Assembly: GCA_031367385.1 (NCBI GenBank)
Contig: JANLPS010000371.1
Location: 1-10,488, forward strand
Length of the DNA: 10,488 nucleotides
Direction: 5' to 3'
Origin: Archangium sp.
Lineage (GTDB): Bacteria > Myxococcota > Myxococcia > Myxococcales > Myxococcaceae
Below, piece by piece: positions 9,410-10,488 of the stretch. Numbering within the stretch: position 1 is the stretch's first letter; each line of letters starts with the position of its first letter. The notes under the pieces were generated by a model. The model was not told the origin of the DNA. It searched no databases and saw only the letters and a program-made list of their open reading frames with translations. Both the position numbers and the translations under genes were made by a program.

Positions 9410-10150
9410 TCAAGGTTGCTGCAGCGCAATGGGCTCAAGCCCCTCGAGGTGCGCGGCGCCTGCGCGGCTGCGGGTGGTCGATCGCTGATAAAGGCCTGCC
9501 TCGATGGCGGTGAAGATGAACGGTACCAGCGACTCGGCGAGCGCCGGGTCGAGTGCCAGAATGTGCTTGTGGTCTGCGCTGAACGCGGCCAGCGACTCGC
9601 CGACTTGGTTGCCGTTCAGAAACACGCGGCACGTTTCTTTCTTGAGCTGCAAGGTCACCGGCGCCCACACGATTTCGAGCACGCCACTCGTTGTGTGCGC
9701 GGCGGTACCCCGGGTGGTGCCCTCGGCCCAGGGCAGCGATTCGAAGATCAGCGCGGCTTCATCGCGAACGACCACCGAGTCTGACGCTCGCCCGTTGGCT
9801 TTGCCTGCGAAGGCGGAGCGAGGCGATTGAATGAGCACGGTGAGGGTCTTCTGCCCGACCCTCAAGACTCTCGAAAAACCTGGCCCCAGACCCAGGCTCA
9901 ATTCGGCCAGCACGCGGCGGTGCTCGTCTTGAATGGCGTATTTCACTTCGGTCATGCGCTCGAGCAGCACCATGCGCCACATGCGCCGAGACCCGGCGAC
10001 GTCGATCTTTTCTTCGAGCAATCGGCGTTCATCAATCGGGGTCGCCTCAAGGGCCCGCTGCCTGGCCTGCGCACTGAGTCGAAGGCCGAAAAAAATCACC
10101 GCTCCGAAGAGCGCGATGACGCCAGCGGCGAACAGCGAGAGAGAAAGCAT
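9410..10150 (-). CDS. Hypothetical protein with an N-terminal transmembrane anchor (246 aa)
   Basis: The ATG at 10150 lies 14 nt after the upstream TAG, with AGAG 10 nt before it. The hydrophobic N-terminus LSLSLFAAGVIALFGAVIFFGL is followed by a basic stretch. The ORF neatly fills the gap between two same-strand genes. The ORF-track start at 10438 overlaps the upstream gene. Confidence 0.65.
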   Translation of the reverse strand: MLSLSLFAAGVIALFGAVIFFGLRLSAQARQRALEATPIDERRLLEEKIDVAGSRRMWRMVLLERMTEVKYAIQDEHRRVLAELSLGLGPGFSRVLRVGQKTLTVLIQSPRSAFAGKANGRASDSVVVRDEAALIFESLPWAEGTTRGTAAHTTSGVLEIVWAPVTLQLKKETCRVFLNGNQVGESLAAFSADHKHILALDPALAESLVPFIFTAIEAGLYQRSTTRSRAGAAHLEGLEPIALQQP

Positions 10151-10164
10151 TTGGCTGCGGCTCT

Positions 10165-10488
10165 CTATCGTAAAAAGGGGAGATCTCGAAAGTCCCAGAC
10201 TCGCTGTGGGCGTTCGTCGATGTTCACCGGCGTCGTGTTCCACGCCCAGGGTCGCTTCGAGAGCGCTCCGCGCGCGTGAATCAACACGCCGCACGCCAAG
10301 AGCAGCGCGGTGAACACCCCTGCGGGCCTGTGCCACCGTTGCTCGAGAAAGAGCCGGTCGAACCAGGGCGCGAGCAGCAACGCCCAGAACGGCGTCAGCT
10401 CGGTGAACAAGCGAGGCCCGAACGAGTGGCCCGCCCACCAGTGGGGAAAACGCGAGATGATCACCCAGTGCACCACCAGCACGCCGAG
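10165..10488 (-). CDS. C-terminal part of a polytopic membrane protein, probable GT-C-fold glycosyltransferase (ArnT/PMT-like); 5'-truncated by the window edge
   Basis: The frame is open to the window edge (CTC GGC GTG...). The motif WWAGHSFGPRLFTELTP lies between TM helices and resembles the WWGGxxxGPRY/L loop of GT-C-like membrane proteins. It ends in a Trp-rich tail, WAWN.TP..ID..P.RVWDF.D..FLR. The coding call is strong; the function call is moderate. Confidence 0.7.
   Translation of the reverse strand, partial: LGVLVVHWVIISRFPHWWAGHSFGPRLFTELTPFWALLLAPWFDRLFLEQRWHRPAGVFTALLLACGVLIHARGALSKRPWAWNTTPVNIDERPQRVWDFRDLPFLR

Noticed and set aside
10151..10438. N-terminal extension of the orphan membrane protein
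   Set aside because: It is an out-of-frame overlap with the GT-C-like gene. The ATG at 10150 sits just after that gene's stop.

Overview
GC-rich bacterial chromosomal window; the protein styles suggest Myxococcota (inference, not verified). Left to right: a core envelope-biogenesis block on + (3' end of a LolC/E permease, lolD, bamA); a convergent three-gene minus-strand cassette (TetR regulator, flavin reductase/BVR-B-like atypical SDR, and an NmrA-like atypical SDR broken by a 1-nt frameshift near 3933); a divergently transcribed lipoprotein with an Ig-like domain plus a CBM9-like domain; a convergent glycogen/maltodextrin phosphorylase (glgP); an uncharacterised membrane-anchored protein; and the 3' end of a probable GT-C-fold membrane glycosyltransferase. 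I found no RNA genes, CRISPR array, IS element, integrase or tandem repeats, and I cannot support a claim of a wholly new system. The best leads are: (i) bamA may start at a non-canonical ATT/CTG codon; (ii) a decaying redox cassette sits where skp-lpxD usually follows bamA, sharing a CTAG stop-codon overlap with it; (iii) a catalytic-domain-free two-module sugar-binding lipoprotein lies near glgP and a GT-C-like gene; (iv) the orphan protein may have a tubby/LURP-one/scramblase-like fold.
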